From Lama glama (taxonomy: Eukaryota), in contig CM052818.1 in the NCBI GenBank assembly GCA_028534125.1, positions 18,912,001 through 18,976,000 on the forward strand: 64,000 nt of DNA, read 5' to 3'. Shown in pieces: positions 1 to 14,484 of this stretch. The notes under the pieces are model-generated. The model was not told the DNA's origin, searched no databases, and worked only from the letters and a program-made list of their open reading frames with translations. The translations under genes and the position numbers were made by a program. Positions within the stretch are counted from its first letter, which is position 1. Each line of letters begins with the position of its first letter.

Positions 1-2090
1 GAAAGTTATTAGTTCCTAAATTTTTTTTAAGTTATGAAAACCACTGAGAGATTGGAATCATTATGTGAAAGATTTTTTAAAAAGTTCTCTTCTAGACTAT
101 ATCTATGGATGCAAGATGAGTAAATTAGCACATTTATTCTTCCACTGTACTCTTGATTTTTGTGTTATCACTTACATTCTGTAACCATAATTTCCAGTTA
201 TTTAACCTTAGTTTTGTATTTAAGTGAATTAAAATTTCTTCATTAATCCTTTTATAATGGCTTCCATATTCCCTATTCCTTTATTATTTTGATTTGATTT
301 TTGTTGGTTGAGTTTCATCATCCAATTTTCTTTCCAAGCTTGATAAGTCATGTCCCATTTCTTTATATCTGAGGGATATCTGCCTGGTATAACCATTTTT
401 TAATAAAGTTTGGCTGAATATAAAAAAAGTCTTTATCCCAACACAGATACACATAAAAGATTCTAATAAGTTGGAAGTTTATTGCTTTCTCACATAACAG
501 AAGTACAAAGCTAACATGATGGCTCCATCAGGGACTCCTGATCTTTCCAGCTCATTGCTCTACCATTTCTTAGCGTATGGTCCTTGTCCTCATGGTCCAT
601 CATATTCAGATTTCAGGCAGCAGAATGAAAGAAGGAGTCAAGGATAGGCCCCTACCTGTAAGGAGATTTCTCTGAAGTGGTACACAACATGTCTACTTAT
701 ATTTTACTAGACAAAATTTAATTACATGACTGTGGGATATAGCCTTTTAGCTGATGGCAATTGTCTAGTTCAAAATCTGGGTTCTTAGTGTTAAGAAGGA
801 AGGAAATCAATATAGAGAAATAACAAGCAACTTCTGCCTGCTGTACCTGGATGTAGAGTTTGGGGTTATGCTTTCATGTTCTCAAAACTGTGTAGTCATG
901 CACCATTATCTTCAAGCATTTGAATATCACTTTGGCGATGTCTGAAATCAACCTAATTCTTTCCTCTTTGTAAGTAATCTGCCTTTTCTGCTTGGATTCC
1001 CATATGATTAGTTCTTTATCCTGGAAGGTGAATGATTTCTGTAAGATATTTTCTTGGTTTATCTTTCTATATCATTTTTTCCAAATATATGATATATCAA
1101 TTTGATTGCAGATTAAAGCCTTTATTTAAGGAAACATTTCTTCCATTATATTTTTAGATATTATTTCTATTACATTTCTATTTTTCAAGAAGGTGAATCT
1201 CATTTGTACACCTTCTCTATAAAATTTTTATATTTTTGTTTTTTTAATACATCTTTCTAGGCTGTTCCTTATGTCTTAATATGCTTTTACCACACTTTCC
1301 ACCATTCTTGGTTGTTTCCAACATAGCATTCATTTCAGAGATGTTTTTATTTTCTCTTTTTATTTCTTTCTCTACCAATCTGCTTTTATCTTCTTCTGTT
1401 GTATTTTTTAAAACCCCTGTAATATTCTTTGAGACCTATTTTTAGAACAATCATTTATGTTTAATACATTTTGTCCTTCTGATTATGTATTTTTTGATTA
1501 GTTTATTTTAAATAATGTAATAAACACCTGAAAATCTAACATGAAAACTAATTCCTTGAAAATAATCTGTATCTAACTATGTGGCTTCCGCACTGCATCA
1601 GAATGCCTCTCCACATCCAAAGTAAGCATTGTCCTGAGTCCTACATTCATCATTTGTTTGGTTTATTTTTATATTATGATATTGTGTCAATATGAATTCT
1701 TTAAAATGATTATATATGTAATATAATCACATATAATATAGTACAATATTCTTTATGCTGATTGTTTATAACTTTATAAATAGGGTACCATGTTGTATGT
1801 AAGGGACTCACTTTTTAACTCATGTTGTATTGCTATTATCCATCCATTTATAGTGTGTCATTGCAGTTCATCTGTTTTAGTTATTGTATAATATTCCATG
1901 GTGTGACTATGCCACAATTCATTTATCTCCTTTCCTGTTCATGGGCATTTGAATTATTTCCAGATTATTGTTATGTGAATGATGTTTCAATGAACTTTCT
2001 TCCATATGTATCTTGTTATACAGGTCCAAGATTTTCTTTGGGTTTCATGACTAGAAGTTGAATTGTTGAGTGGTAGAGTATGTCTAAAAC
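1..2090 (-). mobile_element. Old L1M (L1ME-like) fragments interrupted by a MaLR LTR
   Basis: T-rich degenerate antisense L1 sequence, with a 3'-end-like segment at 1770-2080 (gggcatttgaattatttccag...gaattgttgagtggtagag). Boundaries approximate. Confidence 0.6.
440..840 (-). mobile_element. MaLR LTR (old MLT1J/K-like)
   Basis: gatggctccatcagggactcctgatctttccagctc...ttcaggcagcagaatgaaagaagg resembles antisense MLT1. Confidence 0.55.
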
Positions 2091-2423
2091 AGAATTCTTT
2101 ATGTAACCCACAAAACCGACCTCCTCTCTTCCTCCCTATTTCTGTTAGTAATATCCCAATCATCAGCTCCCTTCACTCCTAATCCTCCCTTTTTCCCTAT
2201 ATCCAATTGATTGCCAAGCCTGGAAAGATATTACCCATCTCTCCTGTTCAATCTTCATTAATTCTCCCCCAGAGTTCCTATTCTTAAACATCATTGTTAA
2301 TAAATTCTAATCACATAATTTCTCTAGGAGATTAAGTGGATCTATAATCCAGTATTCAAAGCTTTCTACAGTAATGCTCCAGTCAACCTTTTCAGCCTTA
2401 ATGTCTCTCTATTTTTGAAGTGG

Positions 2424-2535
2424 AGAATGTTAGAGTGCGAAGGGAACTTAGAGATCATCTGGTCAGACCCATTTACCTACAAATAAGGAAACGGAGGCCC
2501 AGAGACGAAAAAGGATTTTATCAAGGCCACACGTG
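2424..2535 (-). mobile_element. MIR/MIR3 SINE
   Basis: agaatgttagag..gaagggaacttagagatcatctggtc...acaaataaggaaacggaggcccagaga: antisense MIR core. Confidence 0.8.
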
Positions 2536-3334
2536 ATCTATTTGAAAAATTTCGTGGCTATTACAGGCTCTTCAGGAAGAAGGCAAAAAGAAGCTAGTGA
2601 TCTTCCATCTTGAGTTAAGGACAGTGGAGTGGAATAATTGTAGGCAGGGAAAATGAACATGATTATATTACACTGAGAAAAATATTGAGATTGTTGAGCA
2701 GGTAGAAAAGAACCATAAAGAATGGACACTTCTGTTACTATGCTGAGTATAACAATTATCACTATATATATATATATTTATTTATTTTGAATGTAGTTAA
2801 GCTCTTTAGTTTTTTATGGAGACAAAGTTGGTCAAAATTTTTTTAATGTCTGAAACTTTGCATACCTTTATGTGTGATGAAAATGTCAACAAATGTTTCT
2901 CAAAATCTTTCTGATTTTCCCATCTACTCATCGTAACTGGAACTTTTAAAATTCCTGCTCATACAGTTCCTGCAGAGAGCATGACTGAGGGATAATAGGG
3001 CGTCAGACTTTTGCTAACACATTATTTATTTTAATGAAAGTTTTAAAATTGATTTATAATGTTTCAAGTATACAGCAAAGTGATTCAGTTATACATATAT
3101 ATTGCACTATGTTAAGGTATAATTGTTGTTTGGGATTGAAAGAATGAAACCGTGTTCTTACAGATAGTCATTGTGCCTGAGAGTCATGTCTTTCAAAGAA
3201 GAAACCAGAAAGAGGAGGTAGAGGTGCCCTAGATGGGTGGTTTAGGTTGTAAGTTTGAAATTTAATTCTCTCTTTCCCTCTCTCCAACCCACCCCTTCTT
3301 TCTCTTGCTTCATCTGTCAGTCTTGCTTGTGAAA

Positions 3335-3500
3335 TAATAATAGCTACTAAATGCTTTCCATCTGCTAACTGCTTTACCTAGCTTATCTCATTCAATTCCC
3401 ACATCAACTTTGTGATGATTTTACTTTACTATTATTATCTTCATTTTACAGAAGAGGACACTAAGCAAAGAGAGAATATAGGACATATAACTAACAAATA
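3335..3500 (-). mobile_element. MIR SINE
   Basis: ttatctcattcaattcccac...attattatcttcattttacagaagaggacactaag. Confidence 0.75.
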
Positions 3501-6119
3501 AGTAGTGGGTTATAAAATGTCACTCTTCGTCTTTAGACAGTTTGAGGGATAGGAAACAAGAACACAAATGTTTATGCCTAAAAATTTTACTGTCTTTATT
3601 TGGGGATAAAGTGTAGACATTGCTAATGCCTTATGAAATGGGATAGGTCTTGAGTACCTTGGGATTGAGTTCATGTTAGAATGTTTCAAAATTTATAATG
3701 TATAAGTCTTTTAAATTTTCTTCATTGTGTTTATTTCTCTTTTGGCCTCCCTTGGTAGTTAATAAACCCGTCCATTTTGTGCCAAGTGACCCAAGAGATT
3801 GTTTAGATTGTTTAGTTTGTTCACCTTGAGTCGGAGCGCTTAAGAGGCAGCAGAATGCTCATGGAGGAAGAGAACTTCTTGACAAGAAAAAAAAAATGTA
3901 ATAGTCATCGAGATAGTCCTCCTACTATTTGAAGAGCTTTCCTGTCTCTTCTGGAAAGTTCCCTCCCATCCAGTGCTAAACATGGAATTTTAGACAGGTT
4001 CTAACCAGAAAAAAAACTGTTGGCCTTTTGGAAATAGAATGGTTCATGATAAAAAGCAAGTAGGAGGGGTTATGGGAAAAGATGAAAGCAAAGGGTTGTC
4101 ATCTTTTAACTGTCAATCAGTTAAAATTGGTAAATATTTATTGTAAGTCCACTGTATGCTAATCTAATCTAGATATGATCCTTGCCCACAAAATCAAACA
4201 TCAGACATAAAAGGGTAAATATGCACATGAGTGGAATTGAAAAACAAGATGAAAATACAAGGCCTGTCGTAAAACACGCCCAATGAGGGCAACAGACAGT
4301 AAACAGGTTCTGTAAGTGTGACAAGGAAGGAGAACTCACTGGCTGGGTGATCTTCCACTTGAGCTAGATATTCAAAGAATTGTTATTGTTGGACAAGTGG
4401 AAAAGAAGGAGAAATGTCAGGAGTGGAGGTGAGGTATCAGGAATATGTAAGAAATTTAAGAAGGGCATTGAGCAGACCTTTCTGGCTTGAATTAAGAGTT
4501 TCTTTAAGGGACTGATAGGAGATAAGGCCTGATGGAGGGCTCTGAATTCCCGAATGAGGAGATTACTTTATCTTCTAGAAAATGAGATTCTCTCAAAGTT
4601 GTTTGAGACGAGCAGTGAGACAATGAAAGTTACTTTTTAGGATGGCTGGTCAGTAGGGAGACAAGGACATTGTGGTAGAAAAACCTCAACATTTCAATGG
4701 TTAATGAGTCTTCAGGAGACTTTTGAATGTGTCAAGTGTTTAGAAAATACTGAATTCTTTTTTTCTTATGATAACTGCTGGGAGAAAGGAGGGAATAGAG
4801 CAGGCAGAATTTTATCTAAAGCAGAAGACAGTTAACTTGCTAGCATTTACTTGCATTGCTGACATTTTGGGGACAACTGTGGCAGAGGCCACACTTCCTG
4901 GAAAAAGTGGAAGTTCTTAGTCCATAGATTGAATGTGGGAAGATAGAGGACCTTCAAAATTGGAGACAAATAAAGTCCTCAAAGGCCAGCATGATGTTTC
5001 TTCCTCTTTTAAAATGTTTCTGCTTAAAAAATTTTTCTGTTTGTTTCTTTAAAAATCTCTCTTTATACTAATATGATCAGGACATTTCATGTAAAGAGAA
5101 CAGGTTTCCTCTTCCTAGCTAAAAGTTTCTGTAGGCCCAACATTTCCTTTGGAAATTAAACACTTCATGGACAGGAACCTCAGTTGATAAGGTCACAAGG
5201 CTGTCACACTCAGGGATCAAAGTTTTGCCAAGATTGCTGATGGTGATGATGGTGATGGCTCTTGCTGGGAATACTCCATTACCAAACAGGCATAAAGGGC
5301 TAAGTGTCTGCTCTAGACCAGCAGAGTCAGGTGGAGGATGGATTTGGAACAATTTCCTTGAATCAGGGATGCTAAATTGAAAGCAAGGAGACCCCACTGG
5401 GCAAGATTTGGGATTGGAGTGGAGATCACTGGAACAAAGGGCACAGAGAGGACTCAGGAGCAGAACTGAGGTTTACTGGCACCTGGTCCAGTGCTCTCCC
5501 CACCACACTGAGCTGCATATAAACCTATATACAGTTTAAAACCTTCTGTCACTCTCTTGCCCCCTCCTTGGCCACCCACGATCTTGTATGTGCATGAGAA
5601 ATTTTGAGTATACTCCCATACCAAACTTGAAGTTTGGTCTGATGTAGACTTTGCCTCAGAATCAGATTTGTATACCACAGGACTCTGATTGCTTGACCTG
5701 ACATGTCCTTAGTCCTTAAAGGTCTTAACCCCTGTTAGCCATTATCCATTAACCTACCTGCCTTTCCACTTTTTCTGACATCTGATGACTAAAGGCCTGT
5801 GCTTGTACCAGTCTGATACTAGCCAAACTCTTGCTTCTTTGGTGTCCATCATCCTGAATTGAATCTGTATCAATATGATGATTCACTTTTCATGTGGTTG
5901 TTGGTAGTTGTGTTGACAGACCAAGTTGTTCAAAGCAGAACTCCCATCTAACTTGTAATGTGAATTTCAACCAATAACAAGGTTATGAGGCCCCATGGGG
6001 CTTTGTTCCCTTTGGGATAACAGTACTGACCTGGAGAGCTGGGATCTAGGAACAAGATCAGACCAATGAGGGAAGGGTCATTGGAGAACAGATACAGCTG
6101 CAGAGTTCTGGGAGAAAGT

Positions 6120-7225
6120 CAAGTGATTGTATCTGGAAAAATTCTTAGAAGTGGAATTACTGGGCCAAATGGTAAGTGATTTTGTGATTCTGATAAATCA
6201 CCCTTCACAGAAGTTATATCCATTTACACTCCTACAGGCATGAGTACCATTTTTTCACAACCTCTAGACAACAGAGTGTATTATTAAACTTTTCAACTTT
6301 GCCTATATGGTACATCAAAATAGTATCTCATTTTGGTGTTTAAATTTATAATTCTTTTACCATGATGGAGGATGAGACTATTTTAATATGTTTAAGAGTC
6401 ATTTATATTTTCTTTTTGTGAAGTCTGCTCATTTCCTTTTTACCATTTTTCTACTGTATCTTTTAATCTTTATTTTATTGGTTTGTAGAAACTCTTTATA
6501 TATTAGGGAAATTAATCCTTAGGTTGTGATATGAGTTGCAAATATTTTTACCAGTTAGCTATTTATCTTTTCATTAACCTTTTAGTGACTTCTTCAGGAC
6601 AGCTTTTTATCAAAGTGTAACTATTACTGAATTCATTAATATTTTATTTAGTGACTTCTGAGTTTTAAAGGCTTTCCCCATTCTGAGATTATGAAAAAGT
6701 ATCCCATAAATTTGTCTTGTTCCTTTATAGATTTTTTAAAACTTAAATCTAATCTTTAATCCATATAGAATTTATTCTAGAATGATATATAGAATTTGGT
6801 GGCAATTTATTTTTTTCCAGATGGCTACACAGTTTCTCCAATAACATTTATTGAATAATCTATTCCTTACTTCATTGCTGCCCATGATTTGAATTAGCCC
6901 TTTTATAATATTCTACATTGCTATATAAATTTGTGTTTAATGCTGAGCTTTCTCTTCTGTGACACTACTACAGTTAACCCGTGAACAACATGGATTTGAA
7001 CTGTGCAGGTCTACATATGCATAGGTTTTAGTTGAATCCTCAGATGTGGAATTGTGGGCTTGGAGGAACCGTGTTTATGGAGGGCCAGCTATAAGTGATA
7101 AATGGATTTTCAACTGAGTGGAGGGTCAACACCCCTAATACCCACGTTGTTCAAGGGTCAACTGTGTATCAGTTTCTTCATGCACCAATACCACACTGCT
7201 TTAATTATACTAGCTTTATTAGATT
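6120..7225 (-). mobile_element. L1M (MC/ME-like) ORF2 3' fragment
   Basis: agaagtggaattactgggccaaatggt...caccaataccacactgctttaattatactagcttta: degenerate antisense L1. Confidence 0.75.
6971..7164. mobile_element. Tigger2a-like MITE nested in L1
   Basis: Terminal inverted repeats cagttaacccgtgaacaacatgg / ccacgttgttcaagggtcaactg, with TA on the left flank. Confidence 0.85.
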
Positions 7226-7788
7226 GTTCTAATGCAGGTGATCCATGGACTGTACTTTGAGAAGCACTGTCCTAAGGGCTAGGGCAGTATTAGCTGTATG
7301 CAGAGTAGGATTATGAGTTGATTTCAACAAGGAGAGGGAGGATACAAAGAATGGCGTTTGAAAAAAAAAGTTAAGATTTCTTAATTCAAGCTGAATCCAT
7401 TTCTTTTCATGTTTTCCTACTTTTATATTTTCTTAGTAACAAATATAACTTTAGTTTGACTGTTTTGGTAGTGATTTTTGCCAGTTGTTAGTTTTGCTTA
7501 TTTGTATGGCTCTTAAACTAATATAAGAAGTACATTTACATGATGGCATTATTTATTTAGTCCACATGCATGGATTTTTAGATTCATGGACCCATTGCAA
7601 TAGTAAACAACTGAAGTAGATCAGAAAGTATATCAGTGTGCTTCTGCATACACAGATTGTACACATACATCATCAGTTCATTCATTCCTTCAACAAGTGT
7701 TAATTGAGCTCTCATTATGCTGCCAAGAACTTTGATAAGTGCTGGGGATACAATAGATAAGAAAAAAATTAATGTGAATGAAAGAACT

Positions 7789-8230
7789 TGTATTAGTTTC
7801 CCAAGGCTGCTTAATAGCATACCATGAACTGGGTGGCTTTAAAAACCAGAAATTTATTCTCCTGCAGTTCTGGAGGCTAGAAGTCCAAAATCAAGGTGTC
7901 ATCAGGGCCTGCTCCCCTTGAAGGCTCCAAGGGAAAAATCCTCCCCCTTGCTAGCTTCTAGTGGTTGTCTGCAATCCTTGGTGTTGCTTAGCTTTTTCAG
8001 CTGCATCATGCCAGTCTTTGCCTCCATCTTCACATGACTGCCTTCCCTCTGCATGTGTCTATGTCTCTATACAGCATTCTTTTAGGAACGGCAGTCATTG
8101 GTTTTAGGGCCCAGTCTAATAGTATGATCTCATCTTAACTTGATTATATCTCCAACAACCCTAATTCCAAGTAAGACCACATTCACAATTATCAAGGGTT
8201 AGGACATGAACATCTTTTGAAGGACACAAC
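7789..8230 (-). mobile_element. MaLR solo LTR (MLT1C-like)
   Basis: tgtattagtttcc...agaaatttattctcctgcagttctggaggctagaagtccaaaatcaaggtgtc...gggttaggacatgaacatctttt. Confidence 0.88.
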
Positions 8231-9349
8231 AGCACTTATCAAAATGTAAGGCAGAAATAATATCAGTATTAATCAGAACTCACTTAACTGATCAAGCCAG
8301 TTTTAAAACATAATTTTAAAATAATTGCCTGATGAACAATTTAGTTCAATCAAATGGGGATGGAGAGAATGGGAATAAAGAGGTAGTGGAATCATCAAAT
8401 TCATTGAACCTGCCATTGAAACAGATTGTCTTACTGTATGCAAGAGCTGCATTAACCAAGCTGGTGGCTTGGGTTGTCAGGAATAAATCTGGGATATGCA
8501 GGGAAGAGAAGCCCTTTGGAAGGGGAACTGGAATGGGGCCAACAAGAAACATCTCCACAGTTATATGGAGGGTCTGCAGTCTGCCCTAGTTAAGGCAAGC
8601 TACCCCTACTTCTGTGGGAGGAGACATAAACCTGGGCTGCTTTTTCTTTTGGAGGAGGCAGTAGAAACCAAAATACACCCTCCCTGACTGCCCTGTTCCA
8701 CTGAGACGGCAGAAAAACAAGCCACCCAGCTTCTCCCCCTTCCTGACCTTGGGAGCTTTGGCCTCAGCCAACCTTCCTTACTGTGAGATCCGTTTCAGGC
8801 CAAGAATATGATTCTCAAAACATATTTCTGTGTCTTTGGTTTCCTACCAGGCTGTCTGTTTTCCAGCGCCAATATTTTCATGCAGGCAGCAAAGTGACTG
8901 TGGTTAGGATTCCGGTTTATTATATCTATTAACATTATTTTTTTTAAGTGTGGTAACAGATTCAGAATTGAGAGTTCTAGGAGAAGCCCATATTTTCCTA
9001 CTGGTGACATAAAAAGCAGTAACTGAAGTTCTATCTAGCAGTAGATGTAAAAAACATTTCAGTTGCTACACAGAGAGCTAGCCCTCAGCTAACAAGTGAA
9101 TTTGTTGTCATTTGCCTTCAGGTGCCCACAGCTGGTTTCTTACCTCACCCCTAGTGAGGGGCTCAATGTCCCCCTTTTGTCTTCCCTCTCCAGACTGTGA
9201 AAACCCACTCTCAAAAAGCATTTGATAATCTCACTTGCACAGTTGCACTAATGGCTGATAAATGGTAAAAGGAAGTCAGTGGAGTGTGGCTGAAAGCACA
9301 TTTGATTAGGAATCCAAGGCCTGGCCTGTTTGGATTCTGTTATATGCTG

Positions 9350-9560
9350 GTGTTGAGGAATAGCACTCCTAGACTTTTGGAGGCAGACATGCCTAGGTTT
9401 GAAATCCTGGCTCCATCACTTATTAGCTGTATGATCAAAGACACTTATTTAATCTTGGTGCTCTTAAGTTCCCTTTTCTCTAAAGTGGGTATTGTAACAC
9501 TTCATTTACCAGATTATTTTGTGGACTATTTGTCAGGTAGCATAGTATGTGACATATAGC
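9350..9560 (+). mobile_element. MIR SINE
   Basis: ctaggtttgaaatcctggctccatcacttattagctgtatgatc...ctaaagtgggtatt. Confidence 0.75.
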
Positions 9561-10204
9561 AAGGCACTGAAGTGACAGTCATGGTATTTTGCTGATGGAA
9601 GAGGGCTGAGGATGCTCTGCTCTTTAAGAAAGAATTCCTTTGCCTTTTTGTCTGGCTAATTAATGAGTGTTTGCTTCTCATAGCAAGCATCAAGCAGCAT
9701 TGTGACTCTGACAACTAGAGATAACTCTCCATAGAACTAGCTCATGTCAAGCTTGCCTGTAGACAGATCTAAGAAGGCAGAGATGCCCCTGCAGAAAGAC
9801 AGCATAGATCCCCTCTGGAAATTTTTGCCAACCCCTAGCCAGGAAACAGGCCCCATCTGTTTGACCAATTGCCACACCATTGCTTTTCTGGTGCTCCATC
9901 TATGTTTCAGGAGCCTTAGACTTAACCTAAGAGGCAGAGAGAAACATGGAAACAGGAAGGAGACAACAAATACCACCGGACTGTTTTTTAAGAATTTTTT
10001 TTATTGGTTCTTCTCTATTATCAGGTTATTTCTTACCTCTGAAGAATCCATCTTTTCAAAGGTTAGGTTAGGCCTTTGGAAGATGCTACTCCCCATCTTC
10101 TATCCACTTCACCCAGGGGTCACTGGCGTGCAGTCATTAATGTTTTTCAAGGTTATCTGGTCATCCTTCGCTAGAGTGGAGTCTCCCCAAGAAAGAAGAG
10201 TGTG

Positions 10205-11220
10205 TATTTCATTTATTCATTTATTTGTTCATTCATTTGCATATTTAATCATTCATCACTGTAAGATTAATAATAGTCAATACTGATTGAGCTTTTCCTA
10301 TATGCCATATAATTTGCTAAGGTTTTAGCAAGTGGGAGAGTCGGGTTTCTACAGTTGGCCCAAGTCAGTGCTAAGTAGACACTGAATGGTATAGAAGTTA
10401 TACAAATGATAGTTTGCATCCTCCAAGAACTTGAAACTTAGGTGGGTACTTAAGACAGCTAAGCATGGTTTGGGACATGGGACAGAATGAAGCTAAACAT
10501 TAAAATAAGTATAACTGGACAAAGGAAATTAGTGTGTACTGGACAGGTAAAAGAAGAGCTTCTAAGCTGTGAAGGATGAAATGATTTTGCAAAGGTATAG
10601 AATTTAGAGCTCTGAGTAATGGAAACAGAACAAATAGGAAGGTAGACCAGGCATGTATGAGTTTGGTAGGTAGAAAAAGGAGGCAATGCCTATACAACCA
10701 GAACAATATGGTGGGGGATAAGGCCCAAGTCAGAGTGGGTGGGCCTTGAGCGTTTGGGAGAGAAGTTTAGACTATTGTATTGAACACGCTATGGGAAACT
10801 GCTGAAACTTTTAAAATAAGAGTGTGACACAATCAAAACTGTGCCTCAGAAGGATTAAGAGCTATCAAGGAGGAGAACAGGAATCTAGAAAACTAGTTAG
10901 GACATTTCTTGAGCAGTCTAAGAATGAAATAAAATTCTGAGCTAAATTAATGGCAACATAAGTGACAAGGAAGAAAAGAAGGTGAAAGTGAGGTTATTTT
11001 AAAGGAAGAGCTGATAGAACTTTGTGGCTAATTGGCTGTTAGTGATGATGAATTAGTGAGACAAGGAAAATGTTGATAATAAAACTGGAAAGTTAGGGAA
11101 GGAAGATATGTATAAACATTTTAAATTTAACTATGGAAGATCTCTGGATGGGATGTTCACTTGGAGGGGGCAATTTGTGTTTGGAGCTTGGGAGAGGGAT
11201 TAGGATTGGAAAAGTATAAA
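10205..11220 (-). mobile_element. L2 LINE fragments
   Basis: (TTCA)n-like antisense L2 3' end at ~10208 followed by purine-rich L2 body (tgggaaactgctgaaacttttaaaataagagtgtgacacaatc). Confidence 0.65.
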
Positions 11221-11277
11221 GCTCCTATCACCTGAGAACTAAACATGCCAGGGCCAGAAGTGGATGGACACGGGCTG

Positions 11278-11803
11278 CTGGTTAGGGTTTCAAGACAACT
11301 CCCCACGAGTATCTCCCATTTCTGCATGTCTTGTGAGTGAGGTACTTACTACCCTTTATTTGAAACATCTTTTCAAGAATCTTTGTATAATAAACAGCTG
11401 TAAAAGATAGAGATAGTGCCTCCATCTAGAGAAAAAGCCTCACATGCTTACTGTCCAGTGTAATAAAGACAATATCTTTCTCCCAAACAAAGAGCAGGCA
11501 TACTTACTGCCCATTATAAAAGATAAAGGTTCCCTAAGCTCGGAGTTCCTTTACTGTAAAACAACCCACAGTTTACACAAGCATTCATTTGGGCCCATCC
11601 ACATTGTTCCAATGAGATCAGGGAGCAAGAGGAACTAATGTAAATATCCTAATGGTCATCCTATTTGCTGTACTGTGAGCAATAAAGTCCTTTGTCTCTG
11701 ATCCAGAAGTCTCTTGTCTTTGGCCAGCATCAGTGAAACCTTGTCAAGATAATTTGTTAGCCTATATGTTTGGTAAAGTCTTAGACACCTTCACAGTTCT
11801 TGA
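11278..11803 (+). mobile_element. ERVL-type solo LTR (MER76-like)
   Basis: TATA-like cattataaaag, then aataaagtcctttgtctctgatccagaagtctcttgtc...ccttcacagttcttga 3' end. Confidence 0.65.
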
Positions 11804-12078
11804 AAGTTAGATGAAGAGCTCTTATAGAAGGGACAGCTAGACAGGGTTCTGGGTTTCAGGTGACTCTAGTCAAGAGTGGACAATACTGAGGATCAGAAAA
11901 ACTTAGGCAGAGAGAGATTGGAGCAGTGTACTCAAGAGCTCAGGCACGATGCCTACCCAACCTACAGCCCCCTTCCAAGTGAGACTATCCCCTCTATGGC
12001 TTTCCAGCTGAGGGAAGGCTCCTAGAAGTGATGTTCTCCACCACCTGACCTATCGATCTGATTGGCCCATAAAAGCCC

Positions 12079-12437
12079 TGCTATTATAGATTGAATGTTT
12101 CTGTCCTTCTCAAATTCGTATGTTGAAATCCTAACCCCTTAATGTGATGGTAGAGCCTTTGGGAGTTAATTAAGTCATTAGGGTAGAATTCTTATGAATG
12201 GGATTAGTGCCCTTATAAAAGAGACCCCAGAGTACTCCCTTGGCCCCTCTCACCATGTGAGGACACAGTAAGAAGATGACCACTGTGAAGCAGAGCTCAA
12301 TCATGCTGGCACCCTGATCTCAGATCCCAGCCTCCAGAACTGTGAGAAATAAACTTCTATTGTCTACAAGTCGCCTAGTCTTTATTATAGCAGCCTAAAC
12401 TGGTGCTTTATTATAGCAGCCTAAACTGACTAAGACA
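12079..12437 (+). mobile_element. MaLR solo LTR (MLT1A-like)
   Basis: TG...CA ends; gaatgggattagtgcccttataaaagagaccccagag; cagcctccagaactgtgagaaataaa; gactaagaca terminus. Confidence 0.92.
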
Positions 12438-14484
12438 ATGCCTTTGTGCCACCGTATAGGTATGGTCTAGCCCATAAATTGACTGCTTTTGGATTAAGTA
12501 TCCCCTTCTTGTCTAAACAGCATGGCCAGAGAGATCACAAAGCATCTTGGGCCCTTCACCTCAGAGATAGGCTGGGAAAAGTGAAGACTAAACGAGGACT
12601 GGCCAGAGGAAATCAGGCCCCACTGTAGGAGGGTGCTCAGGAAAGATATGCAGTTATAGGGGTGTGACAAATTCAGGCTTGACTGTGGGTGACTAGCAGA
12701 GGCTGTTCAACCCTTTGAATGGAGGCCTTAAAGCAGGAAGTGCAGACAGTAGGAGATATGCAAAGCCAGACAGGCTGGAGTACTATGGTCCTTAGAAAGC
12801 AGGCACAGCTAGACCCTGACTGGGCTATTACTGTGTTGTATTATTAAAAGGGGGAGTGAATTCAGTTCAAGTCTGTTGACCCAACACTCATTAAATGTCT
12901 GCTACCTACTAGGGACTGTGTGAACTACTGGGGAAATGACAGTATAAGACATGGTTCCTAACCTCAAGGATACACAAATAAATATTATAGAACATAATAC
13001 ATGCAATAATAAAGGCACATGCAAAATACAGAGGAGGTGAGTGAGCCATTGAATTAGTGGGGAACAGTGGGAGGTAGCCAGAGCAGGATCACTGAGGAGC
13101 AGATCCCTGTGCAGCATTTCAAAGGATGAACAAGATGAACAGATGTTTTCCCAGGAGGATGGAGTGGGTGGAATACATGGCTCAGTCTAAGGTTTGGACA
13201 AAAAGAGCATGGCAGGAATTAAGCAGGTAACAGAGCATTCAGAGTCACACTCTGAGCTCAGCAGAGAACTGAACTATTAAAGAGGAAGTGGAGGCAGAAC
13301 CTAGGCCTGTGACAGGGTAGGGAAGGAGTCAGGAATCACCAGGCCTCAGTGGGCGTGACCGATCACCCTCAGTAGGGTGACAGGCCTCTAGTCATATGAC
13401 TAATTCAAGACCTTCCCAGGTGGAGAATCTGATTTTGGAAAGATCTGCTACCTGTTCAGAATGAGCTCGGGGACAGGAGTACCGTGCCTCCTGGGATGAC
13501 TGTCCCCCAGTGAGTTATGCTGAGTGTTGCTGGGTGAATTCCTTCTTAATGAATTCTGCCATGTTCAGACTCTTGGCTCTCTGGATTATTAAAATAGCTT
13601 CCTAATTGGTTTTTCAGCTGTCTAACACAAGCTCCTCTGACCCATCTTCCAGACAGCCCTTGGGGTGCTTTTCCTAAAAGTCAGATCTGATGATGTCACT
13701 TTTCCTGCTTAAGATCCTTCAGTGGCTGCCCATTGTCTAACCCCCTGCTCTTTAACAAGACCCTTCCTAATGAGGCAGATGTTCTGGGAAGATAATTAAG
13801 CTGAAATGTCAGGCTCCCCACCTTCAGGTCCTGGGACCCCCTAGAAGTGTGTTTACCTGGCCCTTTTGCATTTAGCTTTGTAAAGAGGGTTCCCCAAGTT
13901 GTAAAAGCTCTAGGCCCCACAAAACCTAACTCTACCCTATGGTCCTGCCCATCTCTCCAACCTCATTTTATAACATCTCTCTCTCTCCCTCTCTCCCCCT
14001 CAACCTCTTTCTCCCCTCCTCCCGCTCAGCCTCTCTCTCTCCAGCCTGAGGTTCTCTGAACACCCAGCCTGGAAACACCCCCCACCAACCTGTCTGTTCT
14101 TTAGCGCCCTGATGAGGCATCTCTCCTGAGGAAAGTCTGCCCTCATCTCCCTATGCCTCCCAAAGTTCATAACTTCCCCCTCCATGGTACCCTGTACCAT
14201 GAGTATACTGCTAGATTTCTGCATGCATCATGCCACCTTGGCAGCTTCCTGCTCCACTGAACCCAGGTATTCCCAACACAGAAACAGCTCTTGCAGTGAA
14301 GAGGAAGATCTAAATAGGGCTTGTTGAACTGGCCTGAAAAGAAATGCTATTGCTGCTTTTTGCAATTCATATTAGTCACCACTTATTGTAAGCATACTTA
14401 GTGCCATGGAGTAAGTAAACCATTTAAAATACATTATCTGTAAGCCTCGCAATAACCCAAAAGTTGACCAATGAGAAGATGATA

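Noticed and set aside
9744..10286. Longest real ORF (180 aa)
   Set aside because: No recognisable domain, F/L/S-rich composition, and it ends in an L2 tail; consistent with chance.
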